DNA from: an uncultured Actinomycetes bacterium
GTDB taxonomy: Bacteria; Actinomycetota; Actinomycetes; Streptosporangiales; Streptosporangiaceae
Length of the DNA stretch: 64,000 bases
NCBI GenBank assembly: GCA_963837515.1
Contig: CAWINT010000011.1
Coordinates: 249,242 to 313,241 of the forward strand
Reading direction: 5' to 3'
The position numbers were made by a program, and so were the translations under genes. Shown here one piece after another: positions 45,235 to 57,099 of this stretch (its first letter is position 1; every line of letters begins with the position of its first letter). The notes under the pieces are model-generated. The model did not search any database and was not told the DNA's origin. It worked only from the letters and a program-made list of their open reading frames with translations.

Positions 45235-45254
45235 CTTGTGAAGCGGTTCACAAG
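45235..45254. promoter_or_regulatory. Perfect 8-4-8 palindrome CTTGTGAA-gcgg-TTCACAAG upstream of the geranylgeranyl reductase gene
   Basis: Read directly. It ends 16 nt before the GTG at 45271 and lies in a locally AT-richer stretch. Either an operator-like site or a 5'-UTR hairpin. Confidence 0.3.
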
Positions 45255-45270
45255 ATAGTCAGGAATCTCT

Positions 45271-46656
45271 GTGCCCCAGGAACCCTCTCAAGCCGCCGCC
45301 GCGCCCCGGGCCGCGGCCGCGAGCGCTGCGATCGCCGCTCCCACCGACGCCGACGTCATCGTGGTCGGGGCCGGGCCGGGCGGTTCGGCCACCGCGAGCT
45401 ACCTGGCCCGCGCCGGGCTGGACGTGCTGCTGCTGGAGAAGGCCACCTTCCCGCGGGAGAAGGTGTGCGGCGACGGGCTGACGCCCCGCGCGGTCAAGGC
45501 CCTGGTCGGGATGGGCGTGCCGGTCGGCGAGCAGGACGGCTGGGTGCGCAACCAGGGGCTGCGGATCATCGGCGGCGGGGTCCGGCTGGAACTGCCGTGG
45601 CCCGAGCTGACCAGCTACCCGGGCTACGGCCTGGTGCGCAGCCGGCTGGACTTCGACGAGATCCTGGCCCGGACCGCGGAGAAGGCGGGCGCCCGGCTGA
45701 TGGAGGGCGTGACCGTCACCGGCCCGGTGCTGGACGACACCGGCCGGATCGTTGGAGTAGCAGCGCGCCCCACAGAACCGGCTGAGCCGGCTTCGCCGGC
45801 CTCGGCGCGGAGCGGCGAACGGGGGGCTCCGGGGGGTCGCCCCCCCGGGCCGACACAGACGTACCGCGCGCGGGTTGTCGTGGCGGCGGACGGGAACTCC
45901 TCGCGGCTGTCGCTGGCCATGGGGCTGCGCAAGCGGGACGACCGGCCGCTCGGGGTGGCGGTGCGGACCTACTACACCAGCCCCCGGCACGACGACGACT
46001 ACCTCGAATCGTGGCTGGACCTGTGGGACGGGGACCGGCTGCTGCCCGGCTACGGCTGGATCTTCGGCATGGGCGACGGCACCAGCAACGTCGGTCTCGG
46101 CCTGCTCAACACCTCCAGCGCGTTCGGCAACGTGGACTACCGCGACCTGCTCCGCCGGTGGCTGGCCGGGATGCCGCCGGAGTGGGGGTACGTCGAGGAG
46201 AACCGGACCGAGCCGGTCCGCGGGGCCGCGCTGCCGATGGGCTTCAACCGCACCCCGCACTACACTCGCGGCCTGCTGCTGGTCGGGGACGCGGGCGGGA
46301 TGGTGAACCCGTTCAACGGCGAGGGCATCGCCTACGCGATCGAGTCCGGCGAGCTGGCGGCGGCGGTCATCGCGCAGGCCCTGGCCCGGCCCGGGCCGCT
46401 GGGCGCCGAGCGGGTGCTGCAGGCTTACCCCCGCGCCCTCAAAGAGTCCTACGGTGGCTATTACACTCTCGGGCGCAGGTTCGTTCAGGCGATCGGCAAC
46501 CCGAAGGTCATGCAGTTCGCGACCAAGCACGGGATGCCCCGCCCAGCGCTCATGCGGTTCACCCTCAAGCTGCTCGCCAACCTCACCGAGACGCGGGGCG
46601 GTGACGCGGCGGACCGGGTGATCCACGCACTGTCTAAGATGACGCCGGCGGCGTAG
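45271..46656 (+). CDS. Geranylgeranyl reductase family flavoprotein (MenJ-like menaquinone reductase)
   Basis: 461 aa. FAD motif VIVVGAGPGGSATA, then KVCGDGLTPRAV and VGDAGGMVNPFNGEGI. Confidence 0.8.
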   Translation: MPQEPSQAAAAPRAAAASAAIAAPTDADVIVVGAGPGGSATASYLARAGLDVLLLEKATFPREKVCGDGLTPRAVKALVGMGVPVGEQDGWVRNQGLRIIGGGVRLELPWPELTSYPGYGLVRSRLDFDEILARTAEKAGARLMEGVTVTGPVLDDTGRIVGVAARPTEPAEPASPASARSGERGAPGGRPPGPTQTYRARVVVAADGNSSRLSLAMGLRKRDDRPLGVAVRTYYTSPRHDDDYLESWLDLWDGDRLLPGYGWIFGMGDGTSNVGLGLLNTSSAFGNVDYRDLLRRWLAGMPPEWGYVEENRTEPVRGAALPMGFNRTPHYTRGLLLVGDAGGMVNPFNGEGIAYAIESGELAAAVIAQALARPGPLGAERVLQAYPRALKESYGGYYTLGRRFVQAIGNPKVMQFATKHGMPRPALMRFTLKLLANLTETRGGDAADRVIHALSKMTPAA

Positions 46657-46701
46657 GCCAGGGCCCTGGCGCCGTCAGGAGAAGCGGAAAGGAGGCATGT
46701 C

Positions 46702-47061
46702 GTGCTGGGCTTGTACGTCCCGCTCCTGATTCTCGCCGGGCTGGCCGCGTTCTTCGCGATCTTCTCGCTCCTCATGGGCTCGCTGAGCGGCCCCAAGCGG
46801 TGGAACCGCGCCAAGCTGGACGCCTACGAAAGCGGGATCGAGCCGACGCCGCAGCCGGCCGGCAGCCGGTTCCCGGTCAAGTACTACCTGACGGCGATGC
46901 TGTTCATCCTGTTCGACATCGAGATCGTGTTCCTCTACCCGTGGGCGGTGTCGTTCGACGCCCTGGGGGCGTTCGGTCTGGTCGAGATGGTGCTGTTCAT
47001 CGTCACGGTGCTGGTCGCGTACGCCTACGTGTGGCGGCGCGGCGGTCTGGAATGGGACTAG
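46702..47061 (+). CDS. nuoA: NADH-quinone oxidoreductase subunit A
   Basis: 119 aa, 3 TM. GGAAAGGAGG SD upstream, and a conserved ESGIEP...FDIEIVFLYPWA. Confidence 0.9.
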   Translation: MLGLYVPLLILAGLAAFFAIFSLLMGSLSGPKRWNRAKLDAYESGIEPTPQPAGSRFPVKYYLTAMLFILFDIEIVFLYPWAVSFDALGAFGLVEMVLFIVTVLVAYAYVWRRGGLEWD

Positions 47062-47064
47062 CCG

Positions 47065-47721
47065 ATGGGACTTGAGGAAAGCCTGCCGAGCGGGATCCTG
47101 CTCAGCACGGTCGAGAAGCTGGCCGGGTACGCCCGCAAGGCGTCCGTGTGGCCGGCCACGTTCGGCCTGGCCTGCTGCGCCATGGAACTGATATCCACCG
47201 GCGGGCCGCGGCACGACCTGGCCCGGTTCGGCATGGAGCGGGCGTCGAACACGCCGCGCCAGGCCGACCTGATGATCGTGGCGGGCCGGGTCAGCCAGAA
47301 GATGGCCCCGGTGCTGCGGCAGATCTACGACCAGATGTCCGAGCCCAAGTGGGTCATCTCCATGGGGGTGTGCGCCTCCAGCGGCGGCATGTTCAACAAC
47401 TACGCGATCGTCCAGGGGGTGGACCACGTCGTGCCGGTGGACATCTACCTGCCCGGCTGCCCGCCGCGCCCGGAGATGCTGCTGGACGCCATCGTGAAGC
47501 TGCACGACAAGATCCAGAACATGAAACTGGGCGTGGACCGGGAGGTGGAGGTGGCTGAGCTGGAAGAGGCCCGGCTGCGCCGCCTGCCGCTCGCCGCCGA
47601 CCTGGGCGGCTACCCGCGCCGCGGCCCGGCGCTGCTGGGTGATGCGGCCGGCGCCCCGGTGACCGCGGTGGCACCGCCCGAGGCCGCGCCGACCCTGCGC
47701 GAGCGGGGAGGCAGCCAGTGA
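47065..47721 (+). CDS. nuoB: NADH-quinone oxidoreductase subunit B
   Basis: 218 aa. N2-cluster cysteines in [17 protein letters not shown] and PGCPP. Pro/Ala-rich C-terminal tail. Confidence 0.95.
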   Translation: MGLEESLPSGILLSTVEKLAGYARKASVWPATFGLACCAMELISTGGPRHDLARFGMERASNTPRQADLMIVAGRVSQKMAPVLRQIYDQMSEPKWVISMGVCASSGGMFNNYAIVQGVDHVVPVDIYLPGCPPRPEMLLDAIVKLHDKIQNMKLGVDREVEVAELEEARLRRLPLAADLGGYPRRGPALLGDAAGAPVTAVAPPEAAPTLRERGGSQ

Positions 47722-48449
47722 GCGAGGTCTCTCCCGGCGCCGCGGGCCCGGATCAGCCGGACCCAGCGGCGCGGGCCGGCCAGCGGCGGCTGGGTGAGCA
47801 GGTCGTCCGGACCGGCATGTTCGGCACCCAGGGCACCGGCGACACCTCCGGGTACGGCGGCCTGCAGGTCCGCCGGGCCCCGGCGCCCTCATCGCCGCGC
47901 CCGTACGGCTCGTACTTCGACGAGATCGCCGACACCCTGGCCAGCCGGCTGCAGGATGACGGCACCGGCTTCACCGAGGCGGTGGAGCGGGTCATCGTGG
48001 ACCGCGGCGAGCTCACCCTGCACGTGCGGCGGGACTACCTGGTGCCGGTGGCCCGGGCGCTGCGGGACGAGCCGTCGCTCGCCTTCGAGCTGTGCGGCGG
48101 GGTGTCCGGGGCGCACTACCCGGCCGACCTCGGCCGCGAGTTGCACGCCGTCTACCACCTGCTGTCCATCACGCACAACCGCCGGCTGCGGCTGGAGGTC
48201 AGCGTGCCCGACGCCGACCCGCACCTCCCGTCGCTGGTCGGCGTCTACCCGACCTGCAACTGGCATGAGCGCGAGACCTGGGACTTCTTCGGGATGATCT
48301 TCGACGGGCACCCCGGGCTGACCCGGATCGAGATGCCGGACGACTGGAAGGGCCACCCGCAGCGGAAGGACTACCCGCTCGGCGGCATCCCGGTCGAGTA
48401 CCGCGGTGCCACCGTGCCGCCACCGGACGAGCGGAGATCGTACACATGA
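47718..48449 (+). CDS. nuoC: NADH-quinone oxidoreductase subunit C
   Basis: 243 aa. Conserved [18 protein letters not shown]. Confidence 0.9.
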   Translation: MSEVSPGAAGPDQPDPAARAGQRRLGEQVVRTGMFGTQGTGDTSGYGGLQVRRAPAPSSPRPYGSYFDEIADTLASRLQDDGTGFTEAVERVIVDRGELTLHVRRDYLVPVARALRDEPSLAFELCGGVSGAHYPADLGRELHAVYHLLSITHNRRLRLEVSVPDADPHLPSLVGVYPTCNWHERETWDFFGMIFDGHPGLTRIEMPDDWKGHPQRKDYPLGGIPVEYRGATVPPPDERRSYT

Positions 48450-49765
48450 CAGCCGAGACCGAGGGCCGGGTCTATAACGTCGGCGGTGAGGACTGGGACG
48501 AGGTGGTCCGGGCCGCCCAGGAGGCAGGCGGCCGCTCGGACACCGAGCACCTCATCGTCAACATGGGGCCGCAGCATCCGTCCACGCACGGGGTCCTGCG
48601 GCTGGTGCTGACCCTGGACGGGGAGACCGTCACCGAGCTGCGGCCGGTGATCGGCTACCTGCACACCGGCATCGAGAAGAACATGGAGTTCCGCACCTGG
48701 ACGCAGGGCGTGACGTTCTGCACCCGGATGGACTACCTGTCGCCGATCTTCAACGAGACCGCTTACTGCCTGGCGACCGAGCGGCTGCTCGGCATCGAGG
48801 CGGAGATCCCGGAGCGGGCCAGCGTGCTGCGGGTGCTGATGATGGAACTGAACCGGATCTCCTCGCACATGATGGCCATCGGCACCTTCGGTCTCGAGCT
48901 CGGCGCGACGTCGGTGCTGCTCTACGGCCTGCGCGAGCGGGAGAAGGTCCTCGACCTGTTCGAGCTGATCAGCGGGCTGCGGATGAACCACGCCTACGTC
49001 CGGCCCGGCGGGGTCGCGCAGGATCTGCCGGCCGGGGCGCTGGAGGCGATCCGTGAGTTCCTGGCGGTCATGCCGCACCAGGTCGGCGAGATCCGCGCGC
49101 TGCTCGACGCGAACCCGCTCTACCTGGGGCGGACGAAGAACGTCGCCTACCTCGACCTGGCCGGCTGCATGGCACTGGGGGTGACCGGCCCGATGCTCCG
49201 GGCCTGCGGGCTGCCCTGGGACCTGCGCAAGAGCCAGCCGTACTGCGGCTACGAGAGTTACGAGTTCGACGTGCCGACCCAGGACACCTGTGACGGCTTC
49301 GGCCGGTACCTGGTCCGGATGGACGAGGTCGACCAGTCGCTGCGGATCATCGAACAGTGCGCGGACCGGCTGTCCGGCACGCCCGGCCCGGTGATGATCC
49401 AGGACAAGAAGGTCGGCTGGCCGGCCCGGCTGGCGCTGGGGCCGGACGGCCTGGGTAACTCGCCCGACCACATCGCGCACATCATGGGGCAGTCCATGGA
49501 GGCGCTGATCCACCACTTCAAGCTGGTGACCGAGGGTTTCCGGGTGCCGGCCGGGCAGGTGTACGCGGCGGTCGAGTCGCCCCGCGGCGAACTCGGCTGC
49601 CACGCGGTCAGCGACGGCGGCACCCGGCCCTACCGGGTGCACTTCCGTGACCCGTCGTTCACCAACTTGCAGGCTCTCCCGGCGATGGCCGAGGGCGGCA
49701 TGGTCGCCGACGTCATCGTCGCCGTGGCGAGCACGGACCCCGTGATGGGAGGCGTGGACCGGTAA
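48446..49765 (+). CDS. nuoD: NADH-quinone oxidoreductase subunit D
   Basis: 439 aa. [15 protein letters not shown] and a C-terminal [18 protein letters not shown]. Confidence 0.95.
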   Translation: MTAETEGRVYNVGGEDWDEVVRAAQEAGGRSDTEHLIVNMGPQHPSTHGVLRLVLTLDGETVTELRPVIGYLHTGIEKNMEFRTWTQGVTFCTRMDYLSPIFNETAYCLATERLLGIEAEIPERASVLRVLMMELNRISSHMMAIGTFGLELGATSVLLYGLREREKVLDLFELISGLRMNHAYVRPGGVAQDLPAGALEAIREFLAVMPHQVGEIRALLDANPLYLGRTKNVAYLDLAGCMALGVTGPMLRACGLPWDLRKSQPYCGYESYEFDVPTQDTCDGFGRYLVRMDEVDQSLRIIEQCADRLSGTPGPVMIQDKKVGWPARLALGPDGLGNSPDHIAHIMGQSMEALIHHFKLVTEGFRVPAGQVYAAVESPRGELGCHAVSDGGTRPYRVHFRDPSFTNLQALPAMAEGGMVADVIVAVASTDPVMGGVDR

Positions 49766-50439
49766 TGGCGCTCTCGCAGGAGGTGCGCGACCGGCTGGAG
49801 CCGGACGCGGCGCGGATCATCGGGCGCTATCCGCACTCGCGGTCGGCGCTGCTGCCGCTGCTGCACCTGGTGCAGTCCGAGCAGGGCTACCTCACCGAGG
49901 ACGGCATCGAGTACTGCGCCGGGCAGCTCGGGCTGACCACCGCGGAGGTCACCGCGGTGGCGTCGTTCTACACCATGTACAAGCATCACCCGGTGGGCGA
50001 GTACCACGTCGGGGTGTGCACCAACTCGCTGTGCGCGGTGATGGGCGGCGACGCGATCTTCGCAGAGCTGCGGGAGCACCTGGGCGTTGGCAACGATGAG
50101 ACCACGGCCGACGGCCAGGTCAGCCTCGAGCACCTGGAGTGTAACGCGGCCTGCGACTACGCCCCGGTGGTCATGGTCAACTGGGAGTTCTTCGACAACA
50201 TGACCCCGCAGCAGGCGCGGGACCTGGTGGACGGGCTGCGCAGCGGGGCAGCCGTCGCGCCGACCCGCGGTGCGCCGCGGTTGTGCACCTGGAAGCAGGC
50301 GTCCCGGATCCTGGCCGGCTTCCCCGACGGCCAGGCCACCGGCGGGCACACCGCGGGCGAGCCCAGCCTGGCCGGCCTGCGCATCGCCAAGGGTCACGGG
50401 TGGACGCCCGGTGACGACGACGGGAAGGAAACGCGCTAG
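49765..50439 (+). CDS. nuoE: NADH-quinone oxidoreductase subunit E
   Basis: 224 aa. 2Fe-2S ligands in VCTNSLCAV...ECNAACDYAP. Confidence 0.9.
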   Translation: MALSQEVRDRLEPDAARIIGRYPHSRSALLPLLHLVQSEQGYLTEDGIEYCAGQLGLTTAEVTAVASFYTMYKHHPVGEYHVGVCTNSLCAVMGGDAIFAELREHLGVGNDETTADGQVSLEHLECNAACDYAPVVMVNWEFFDNMTPQQARDLVDGLRSGAAVAPTRGAPRLCTWKQASRILAGFPDGQATGGHTAGEPSLAGLRIAKGHGWTPGDDDGKETR

Positions 50440-51743
50440 TGGCCTCGCTGCTGACGCCCCAGCTCACCGCGCACTGGGACGAGCCCGACTCCTTCGCGCT
50501 CGACGCGTACCGCCGCAACGGCGGTTACACCGCCCTGCCCCGCGCGCTGGCGATGGAACCGGACCAGATCATCCAGACGCTGAAGGACTCGGCGCTGCGC
50601 GGCCGCGGCGGCGCGGGCTTCCCCACCGGGCTCAAGTGGGGATTCATTCCGAAGGGCGGCGACAAGCGGCACTACCTGGTGGTGAACGCGGACGAGTCCG
50701 AGCCCGGCGCGTGCAAGGACATGCCCGCGCTGCTGGCCAACCCGCAGGCGCTCATCGAGGGCATCGTCATCACCTGCTTCGCGATCGACGCGCACCAGGC
50801 CTTCATCTACGTGCGCGGCGAGGTGCTGCACGTGATCCGCCGGCTGCACCACGCGGTGGCCGAGGCCTACCAGGCCGGCTACCTCGGGACGGACATCCTC
50901 GGCTCGGGCTTCGACCTGGACGTCGTGGTGCACGCCGGGGCGGGCGCCTATATCTGCGGCGAGGAGACCGCGCTGCTGGACTCGCTCGAGGGCTACCGCG
51001 GCCAGCCCCGGCTCAAGCCGCCGTTCCCGGCCGTGGCCGGGCTGTACGCCAGCCCCACCGTGGTCAACAACGTGGAGTCCATCTCCACCGTGCCCTACAT
51101 CCTGGGCCACGGCGCCGCCGACTTCGCCGCCTTCGGCACCGAGAAGTCCAAGGGGTTCGGCATCTTCTCACTGTCCGGGCACGTCACCATCCCCGGGCAG
51201 TACGAGGCGCCGCTCGGCACCACGCTGCGCCAGCTGCTGGAGCTGGCGGGCGGGATCCGGGCCGGGCACCGGCTGAAGTTCTGGACCCCGGGCGGCTCCT
51301 CCACCCCGCTGTTCACCGACGAGCACCTCGACGTGCCACTGGACTATGAATCGGTGGCGGCCGCCGGGTCCATGCTCGGCACCCGGTCGCTGCAGCTGTT
51401 CGACGAGACCACCTGCGTGGTCCGGGTGGTGCTCCGCTGGTGCGAGTTCTACCAGCACGAGTCGTGCGGCAAGTGCACTCCCTGCCGGGAAGGCAGCTGG
51501 TGGGTGGTCCAGCTCCTGGAGAAGCTGGAGCGCGGTACGGGCAGCGAGGCGGACCTGGACAAGCTGCTCGACATCTGCTCCAACATCACCGGCCGGGCGT
51601 TCTGCGCCCTCGGCGACTCGATCGAGTCGCCGGTGAAGTCCTCCATCCGGTACTTCCGCGAGGAGTACCTGGACCACCTGCGCCGTGGCGGCTGCCCGTT
51701 CGACCCGGCCGCTTCGACCCTCTTCGCCATGGAGTCCGCCTGA
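50439..51743 (+). CDS. nuoF: NADH-quinone oxidoreductase subunit F
   Basis: 434 aa. [13 protein letters not shown] (FMN/NADH site) and [12 protein letters not shown] (4Fe-4S). Confidence 0.95.
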   Translation: MASLLTPQLTAHWDEPDSFALDAYRRNGGYTALPRALAMEPDQIIQTLKDSALRGRGGAGFPTGLKWGFIPKGGDKRHYLVVNADESEPGACKDMPALLANPQALIEGIVITCFAIDAHQAFIYVRGEVLHVIRRLHHAVAEAYQAGYLGTDILGSGFDLDVVVHAGAGAYICGEETALLDSLEGYRGQPRLKPPFPAVAGLYASPTVVNNVESISTVPYILGHGAADFAAFGTEKSKGFGIFSLSGHVTIPGQYEAPLGTTLRQLLELAGGIRAGHRLKFWTPGGSSTPLFTDEHLDVPLDYESVAAAGSMLGTRSLQLFDETTCVVRVVLRWCEFYQHESCGKCTPCREGSWWVVQLLEKLERGTGSEADLDKLLDICSNITGRAFCALGDSIESPVKSSIRYFREEYLDHLRRGGCPFDPAASTLFAMESA

Positions 51744-54196
51744 TGACCGTAACCACGAGCGGGGCTGCGGGCGGCGAGGTCGCCCGGCCGGCCGACGGCG
51801 TCACCGTCACCATCGACGGGTTCGAGATCACCGTGCCCAAGGGCACGCTGGTGATCCGCGCCGCCGAACTGCTCGGCATCCAGATCCCCCGGTTCTGTGA
51901 CCACCCGCTGCTCGACCCGGTCGGCGCCTGCCGGCAGTGCCTGGTGCAGATCGAGGGGCAGCCCAAGCCGCCCGCTTCCTGCACCACCACCTGCACCGAC
52001 GGCATGGTGGTGCACACCCAGCTCACCTCGCCGGTGGCCGAGAAGGCGCAGCGCGGGATGATGGAGCTGCTGCTCATCAACCACCCACTCGACTGCCCGA
52101 TGTGCGACAAGGGCGGCGAGTGCCCGCTGCAGAACCAGGCCATGTCCACCGGCCAGGGAGAGACCCGGTTCGGCCTGGTCAAACGGACCTTCCCCAAGCC
52201 GGTCGCGCTGTCGGCGGAAGTGCTGCTGGACCGGGAGCGCTGCGTGCAGTGCGCCCGGTGCACCCGGTTCGCCGAGCAGATCGCCGGTGACCCGCTCATC
52301 GAACTGCTGGAGCGTGGCCCGCAGGAGCAGGTGGGCATTGCCGAGGGTGCTCCGTTCGACTCCTACTTCTCCGGCAACACGGTGCAGATCTGCCCGGTGG
52401 GCGCGCTCACCGGCGCCGCCTACCGGTTCCGGGCCCGGCCGTTCGACCTGGTGTCCACGCCCAGTGTGTGCGAGCACTGCGCGTCCGGCTGCCGGCAGCG
52501 CACCGACCACCGCCGCGGCGTCGTCACCCGGCGGCTGGCCGGCAACGCCCCCGAGGTGAACGAGGAGTGGAACTGCGACAAGGGCCGCTGGGCGTTCACC
52601 TACGCCACCGAGCCGGACCGGCTGTCCGGCCCGCTGGTCCGCGGCGCGGACGGGGCGCTGGCCCTTGCCTCCTGGCCGGAGGCGTTCGCCGCCGCCGCCC
52701 GCGGGCTGACGGCGGCGCGGGGCCGGGCCGGCGTGCTCACCGGCGGGCGGCTCACCGTGGAGGACGCCTACGCCTACGCCAAGTTCGCCCGGGTCGCGCT
52801 CGGCACCAACAACGTGGACATGCGGGCCCGCGCGCACTCGGCCGAGGAGGCGGAGTTCCTGGCCGCCCGGGTGGCCGGGCGGTCGCTCGACGTGAGCTAC
52901 GCCAGCCTGGAGCGCGCTCCCGCGGTGCTGCTGGCCGGGTTCGAGCCGAACGACGAGTCCCCCATCGTGTTCCTCCGGCTGCGCAAGGCGGCCCGCCGTC
53001 ACGGGCTGGCCGTCTACGCCATCGCCCCGCTGGCCGGCCGCGGACTGGAGCGGATGTCCGGCACGCTACTGCCCACCGTCCCCGGCGGGGAGGCCACCAC
53101 GCTGGGCAGCCTGATCAGCGGTACCGGCCTGGACGAGGCCGGCCGCGCCGCGGCCGAGGCGCTGACCGCCCCGGGCGCGATCATCATGGTCGGCGAGCGG
53201 CTGGCCGAGGTCCCCGGCGCGCTGTCCGCGGCTGACCGGCTGGCCCGGGCGACCGGGGCCCGGCTGGCCTGGATACCACGGCGGGCCGGTGAGCGCGGCG
53301 CGATCGAGGCCGGCGCGCTGCCGAACCTGCTCCCGGGCGGCCGGCTGGCCGCCAGCTCGCAGGCCCGGGTGGAGGTGGCCCGCGCCTGGGGGGTGGCCTC
53401 GCTGCCGCTGCACCCGGGCCGGGATACGGCCGGCATCCTGGCCGGCACCGAGCGCGACATCGATGCCCTGGTGGTCGCCGGGGTCGACCTCGACGACCTG
53501 CCCGACCCGGTGGCCGCGCGGGCCGCGCTGGCGGCGGCGCGGTTCGTGGTCAGCCTGGAACTGCGGCCCAGCGCGGTCACCGACCGCGCCGACGTGGTGC
53601 TGCCGGTGGCCGCGGTGGCCGAGAAGGACGGCACGTTCGTGAACTGGGAAGGCCGTCCCGGCACCTTCGCCACCGCGCTGGACGTGCCCGGCATCGAATC
53701 CGACCTGCACGTGCTGCGCCGGATCGCCGACGAGATGGACGTGCACCTGGGCCTGCCGGACGCGGCCGCCGCCCGGGCCGAGCTGGCCGCCCTCGGGGTG
53801 GCGGCCGAGGTGGCCACGGGCGAGACCACCATGGGCGCCCCCGTGCGCAACGTCCCCGAAACCCGGCCGGCCCAGCCGGAGGCGGGCGAGGCACTGCTGG
53901 CCACCTGGAACCAGCTGCTGGACGCCGGGCGGATGCAGGACGGCGAGCCGTTCCTGGCCGGCACCGCCCGGCCGGTCGTGGCCCGCATGTCGGCAGCGAC
54001 CGCGGCCGAGGCGGGCACCGCGGACGGCGGTAAGGTCTGTGTCGCCACCGACCGCGGCAGCGTGACCGTGCCGGTGGAGGTGGCCGCCATGCCGGACCGG
54101 GTGGTCTGGCTGCCAGCCCATTCCGGCGGGTGTGACGTCCGGCGCGATCTCGGCGCCGGCCATGGCGCCCTGGTAACGCTGAGGAGTGCGCAATGA
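51743..54196 (+). CDS. nuoG: NADH-quinone oxidoreductase subunit G
   Basis: Start is the ATG at 51743 (TGATG overlap with the nuoF stop) inside ORF 51440..54196. Motifs are [17 protein letters not shown] and [17 protein letters not shown]. 817 aa. Confidence 0.9.
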   Translation: MTVTTSGAAGGEVARPADGVTVTIDGFEITVPKGTLVIRAAELLGIQIPRFCDHPLLDPVGACRQCLVQIEGQPKPPASCTTTCTDGMVVHTQLTSPVAEKAQRGMMELLLINHPLDCPMCDKGGECPLQNQAMSTGQGETRFGLVKRTFPKPVALSAEVLLDRERCVQCARCTRFAEQIAGDPLIELLERGPQEQVGIAEGAPFDSYFSGNTVQICPVGALTGAAYRFRARPFDLVSTPSVCEHCASGCRQRTDHRRGVVTRRLAGNAPEVNEEWNCDKGRWAFTYATEPDRLSGPLVRGADGALALASWPEAFAAAARGLTAARGRAGVLTGGRLTVEDAYAYAKFARVALGTNNVDMRARAHSAEEAEFLAARVAGRSLDVSYASLERAPAVLLAGFEPNDESPIVFLRLRKAARRHGLAVYAIAPLAGRGLERMSGTLLPTVPGGEATTLGSLISGTGLDEAGRAAAEALTAPGAIIMVGERLAEVPGALSAADRLARATGARLAWIPRRAGERGAIEAGALPNLLPGGRLAASSQARVEVARAWGVASLPLHPGRDTAGILAGTERDIDALVVAGVDLDDLPDPVAARAALAAARFVVSLELRPSAVTDRADVVLPVAAVAEKDGTFVNWEGRPGTFATALDVPGIESDLHVLRRIADEMDVHLGLPDAAAARAELAALGVAAEVATGETTMGAPVRNVPETRPAQPEAGEALLATWNQLLDAGRMQDGEPFLAGTARPVVARMSAATAAEAGTADGGKVCVATDRGSVTVPVEVAAMPDRVVWLPAHSGGCDVRRDLGAGHGALVTLRSAQ

Positions 54197-55641
54197 CGGG
54201 TGGGGCCAGCGCGGCCGCGGCCGGGCACGGCCGGCTGCTGGCCGCGGCGGAGCCGACCCTGGCCAGCTTCTACCACCAGCCCTGGTGGCTGATCATCATC
54301 AAGGCCCTGTTCATCTTCGTGTTCCTGCTGGTGATGACGCTGTTCGCGATCTGGGCGGAACGCCGGGTGATCGGCCGGATGCAGCAGCGCCCCGGGCCGA
54401 ACCGGGCCGGGAAGTTCGGCCTGCTGCAGTCGCTGATGGACGGCATCAAGCTGGCCCTCAAGGAAGACATCGTGCCGCGGCGGGTGGACAAGCTGCTGTT
54501 CTGGCTGGCCCCGGCGATCGCGATGATCCCGGCCTTCGTCAGCTTCGCGATCATCCCGTTCGGGCCGATGGTGTCCATCTTCGGGGTGCAGACCCCGCTC
54601 CAGCTGACCGACCTGCCGGTGGCGGTGCTGCTGGTGCTGGCGATGAGCTCGATGGCGGTCTACGGGATCGTGCTGGCCGGGTGGTCCTCGGAGTCGCCGT
54701 ACCCGCTGCTCGGTGGCCTGCGCTCATCAGCCCAGGTGATCAGCTACGAGATCGCGATGGGGCTGTCCTTCGTCGCGGTGTTCCTGTACTCGCGGTCGCT
54801 GTCCACCACGGCCATCGTGTCCGCCCAGTCGGGCGGCAACACCGAGTTCCACCTCTTCGGGGCGATCCTGCACTGGCCGTCCTGGTACGCGGTGCTGCTG
54901 TTCCCCTCGTTCGTGATCTACCTGATCACCATGGTCGGCGAGACCAACCGGCTGCCGTTCGACCTGCCCGAAGGCGAGGGCGAGCTGGTCGGCGGGTTCC
55001 ACACCGAGTACTCCTCGCTGAAGTTCGCGTTGTTCTACCTGGCCGAGTACATCAACATGGTCACGGTCAGCGGGCTGGCCACCACGCTGTTCCTTGGTGG
55101 CTGGATGGCGCCCTGGCCGATCAGCGTCTGGCCCGGCGCCAACAGTGGCTGGTACCCGATGCTGTGGTTCCTGGCCAAGGTGCTGATCCTGATGTTCTGC
55201 TTCGTCTGGCTGCGCGGCACGCTGCCCCGGATCCGCTACGACCAGCTGATGCGGTTTGGCTGGAAGGTGCTGATCCCGCTGTCGCTGGCGTGGATCCTGG
55301 TCATCGCGACGATCCGGGTCTGGCGCCAGCACGGTGGCAGCCCGGCGGTGTACATCGTGGCCGGGCTGCTGGTGGTGGCGCTGATGGCGCTGCTGTTCCT
55401 GGGCGACCTGGCCGCGCAGCGGCGCCAGGCCGCGGCCGAGGAGGCCGCCGCCGAGCTGGCCCCGCCGGCCGCCGGGGCCGCCGGCGACCAGCCCGCCTTC
55501 CCGGTGCCACCGATGGACCTCCCGCACTACCACGGCATCGGGATCTCCGTGTCGCCGGGCGGGGGGGACGGCCCACCTGGCCCTGCCGACCCCAGGGCTG
55601 CCGCCAACGGCACCACCAAGAAGGAGGTGACCGGTGCCTGA
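54193..55641 (+). CDS. nuoH: NADH-quinone oxidoreductase subunit H
   Basis: 482 aa. [17 protein letters not shown]...[12 protein letters not shown]. Long Ala/Pro-rich C-terminal extension. Confidence 0.9.
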   Translation: MTGGASAAAAGHGRLLAAAEPTLASFYHQPWWLIIIKALFIFVFLLVMTLFAIWAERRVIGRMQQRPGPNRAGKFGLLQSLMDGIKLALKEDIVPRRVDKLLFWLAPAIAMIPAFVSFAIIPFGPMVSIFGVQTPLQLTDLPVAVLLVLAMSSMAVYGIVLAGWSSESPYPLLGGLRSSAQVISYEIAMGLSFVAVFLYSRSLSTTAIVSAQSGGNTEFHLFGAILHWPSWYAVLLFPSFVIYLITMVGETNRLPFDLPEGEGELVGGFHTEYSSLKFALFYLAEYINMVTVSGLATTLFLGGWMAPWPISVWPGANSGWYPMLWFLAKVLILMFCFVWLRGTLPRIRYDQLMRFGWKVLIPLSLAWILVIATIRVWRQHGGSPAVYIVAGLLVVALMALLFLGDLAAQRRQAAAEEAAAELAPPAAGAAGDQPAFPVPPMDLPHYHGIGISVSPGGGDGPPGPADPRAAANGTTKKEVTGA

Positions 55642-56269
55642 GTTCCTGGGGCCCGTCAAGGGCTTCGGTGTCACCTTCCGGCAGATGTTCAAGAAGGTCG
55701 ACACCGTCCAGTACCCGGAGGAGAAGAAGCCCACGGCTCCCCGGTTCCACGGCCGCCATCAGCTGAACCGCTGGCCGGACGGGCTGGAGAAGTGCATCGG
55801 CTGCGAGCTGTGCGCCTGGGCCTGCCCGGCCGACGCGATCTACGTGGAGGGTGCGGACAACACCCCCGAGGACCGGTACTCGCCCGGGGAGCGCTACGGC
55901 GCCGTGTACCAGATCAACTACCTGCGGTGCATCCTGTGCGGGCTGTGCGTGGAGGCGTGCCCGACCCGGGCGCTCACCATGACCAACGAGTACGAGCTGG
56001 CCGACGACAACCGGGAGAGCCTGATCTGGACCAAGGAGCAGCTGCTCGCGCCGCTGCTGCCGGGGATGGAGCAACCACCACACGACATGCGGCTGGGCCG
56101 GACCGAGAAGGACTACTACAACCTCCGCTCGGCCGGGGTGGCCGCGCCCGAGGACGCGGCCGGGGCGCCCGCCGCGGGTGAGACCGGTGAGGCGGCCCGG
56201 GCCCCGGAGACCGCCGCCGCCTGGGTGCCGGCGGCCGGCGTCGGCGACGAGGATCCGGGAGACCAGTGA
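55634..56269 (+). CDS. nuoI: NADH-quinone oxidoreductase subunit I
   Basis: 211 aa. Two ferredoxin motifs [12 protein letters not shown] and [12 protein letters not shown]. Confidence 0.95.
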   Translation: MPEFLGPVKGFGVTFRQMFKKVDTVQYPEEKKPTAPRFHGRHQLNRWPDGLEKCIGCELCAWACPADAIYVEGADNTPEDRYSPGERYGAVYQINYLRCILCGLCVEACPTRALTMTNEYELADDNRESLIWTKEQLLAPLLPGMEQPPHDMRLGRTEKDYYNLRSAGVAAPEDAAGAPAAGETGEAARAPETAAAWVPAAGVGDEDPGDQ

Positions 56270-57099
56270 TGCACGGTGGGATGGCCAGCGGCGTGCTGGC
56301 CGAGAGCGGGGTGGCGGCCTGGACCCAGCAGGCGACGTTCTGGCTGCTGGCCGTCCTCTCGGTCGGGGCCGCGCTCGGCATGATCCTGGTGCGCCGGGCC
56401 GTGTACTGCGCGCTGCTGCTGGCCGTGGTGATGCTCTCGCTGGCGGTGCTGTACGCGCTGCAGGGCGCCCCGTTCCTGGCCTTCGTGCAGGTGATCGTGT
56501 ACACCGGCGCGGTGCTGATGCTGTTCCTGTTCGTTCTCATGATCGTCGGCGTGCGGGCCCGGGACTCCCTCGTGGAGACCATCCGCGGCCAGCGGCTCTG
56601 GGCCGGGCTGGCCGGGATCGGCCTGCTGGTGCTGCTGGTGCTCACCGTCGGGCACGCCACGCTGGGCACTGCCGCGCCGGCCGCGTCGGGGCCGGCCTAC
56701 GGGCCGGCCTTCGGGTCGGGCAACCTGGACGGCATCGCCCGGCTCATCTTCACCACCTACGTGTTCCCGTTCGAGATCACCAGCGCGCTGCTGATAACCG
56801 CGGCGCTCGGCGCCATGCTGCTGGCCCACCGGGAGCGCACCACGCCCAAGCCCACCCAGCGCGACCTGGCCCGGATCCGGGTGGCCAGCGGCGATCCCGC
56901 GCCGCTGCCCGGCCCGGGCACCTACGCCCGGCACAACGCGGCGGACACGCCCGCCCTGCTCCCGGACGGCAGCCCCGCGCCGACCTCGGTCAGCCAGTTC
57001 ATCGGCCAGCCGCTCGAACCGCCGGTCGAGCCCGGGCTCGGGCCGGGCGGCGCCCCCGAGCTGGAGCCGGCCCGCAGCCAGGAAGGTGACCCGTCATGA
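56266..57099 (+). CDS. nuoJ: NADH-quinone oxidoreductase subunit J
   Basis: 277 aa. TM protein in the conserved operon position. Conserved [21 protein letters not shown]. Confidence 0.85.
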   Translation: MMHGGMASGVLAESGVAAWTQQATFWLLAVLSVGAALGMILVRRAVYCALLLAVVMLSLAVLYALQGAPFLAFVQVIVYTGAVLMLFLFVLMIVGVRARDSLVETIRGQRLWAGLAGIGLLVLLVLTVGHATLGTAAPAASGPAYGPAFGSGNLDGIARLIFTTYVFPFEITSALLITAALGAMLLAHRERTTPKPTQRDLARIRVASGDPAPLPGPGTYARHNAADTPALLPDGSPAPTSVSQFIGQPLEPPVEPGLGPGGAPELEPARSQEGDPS

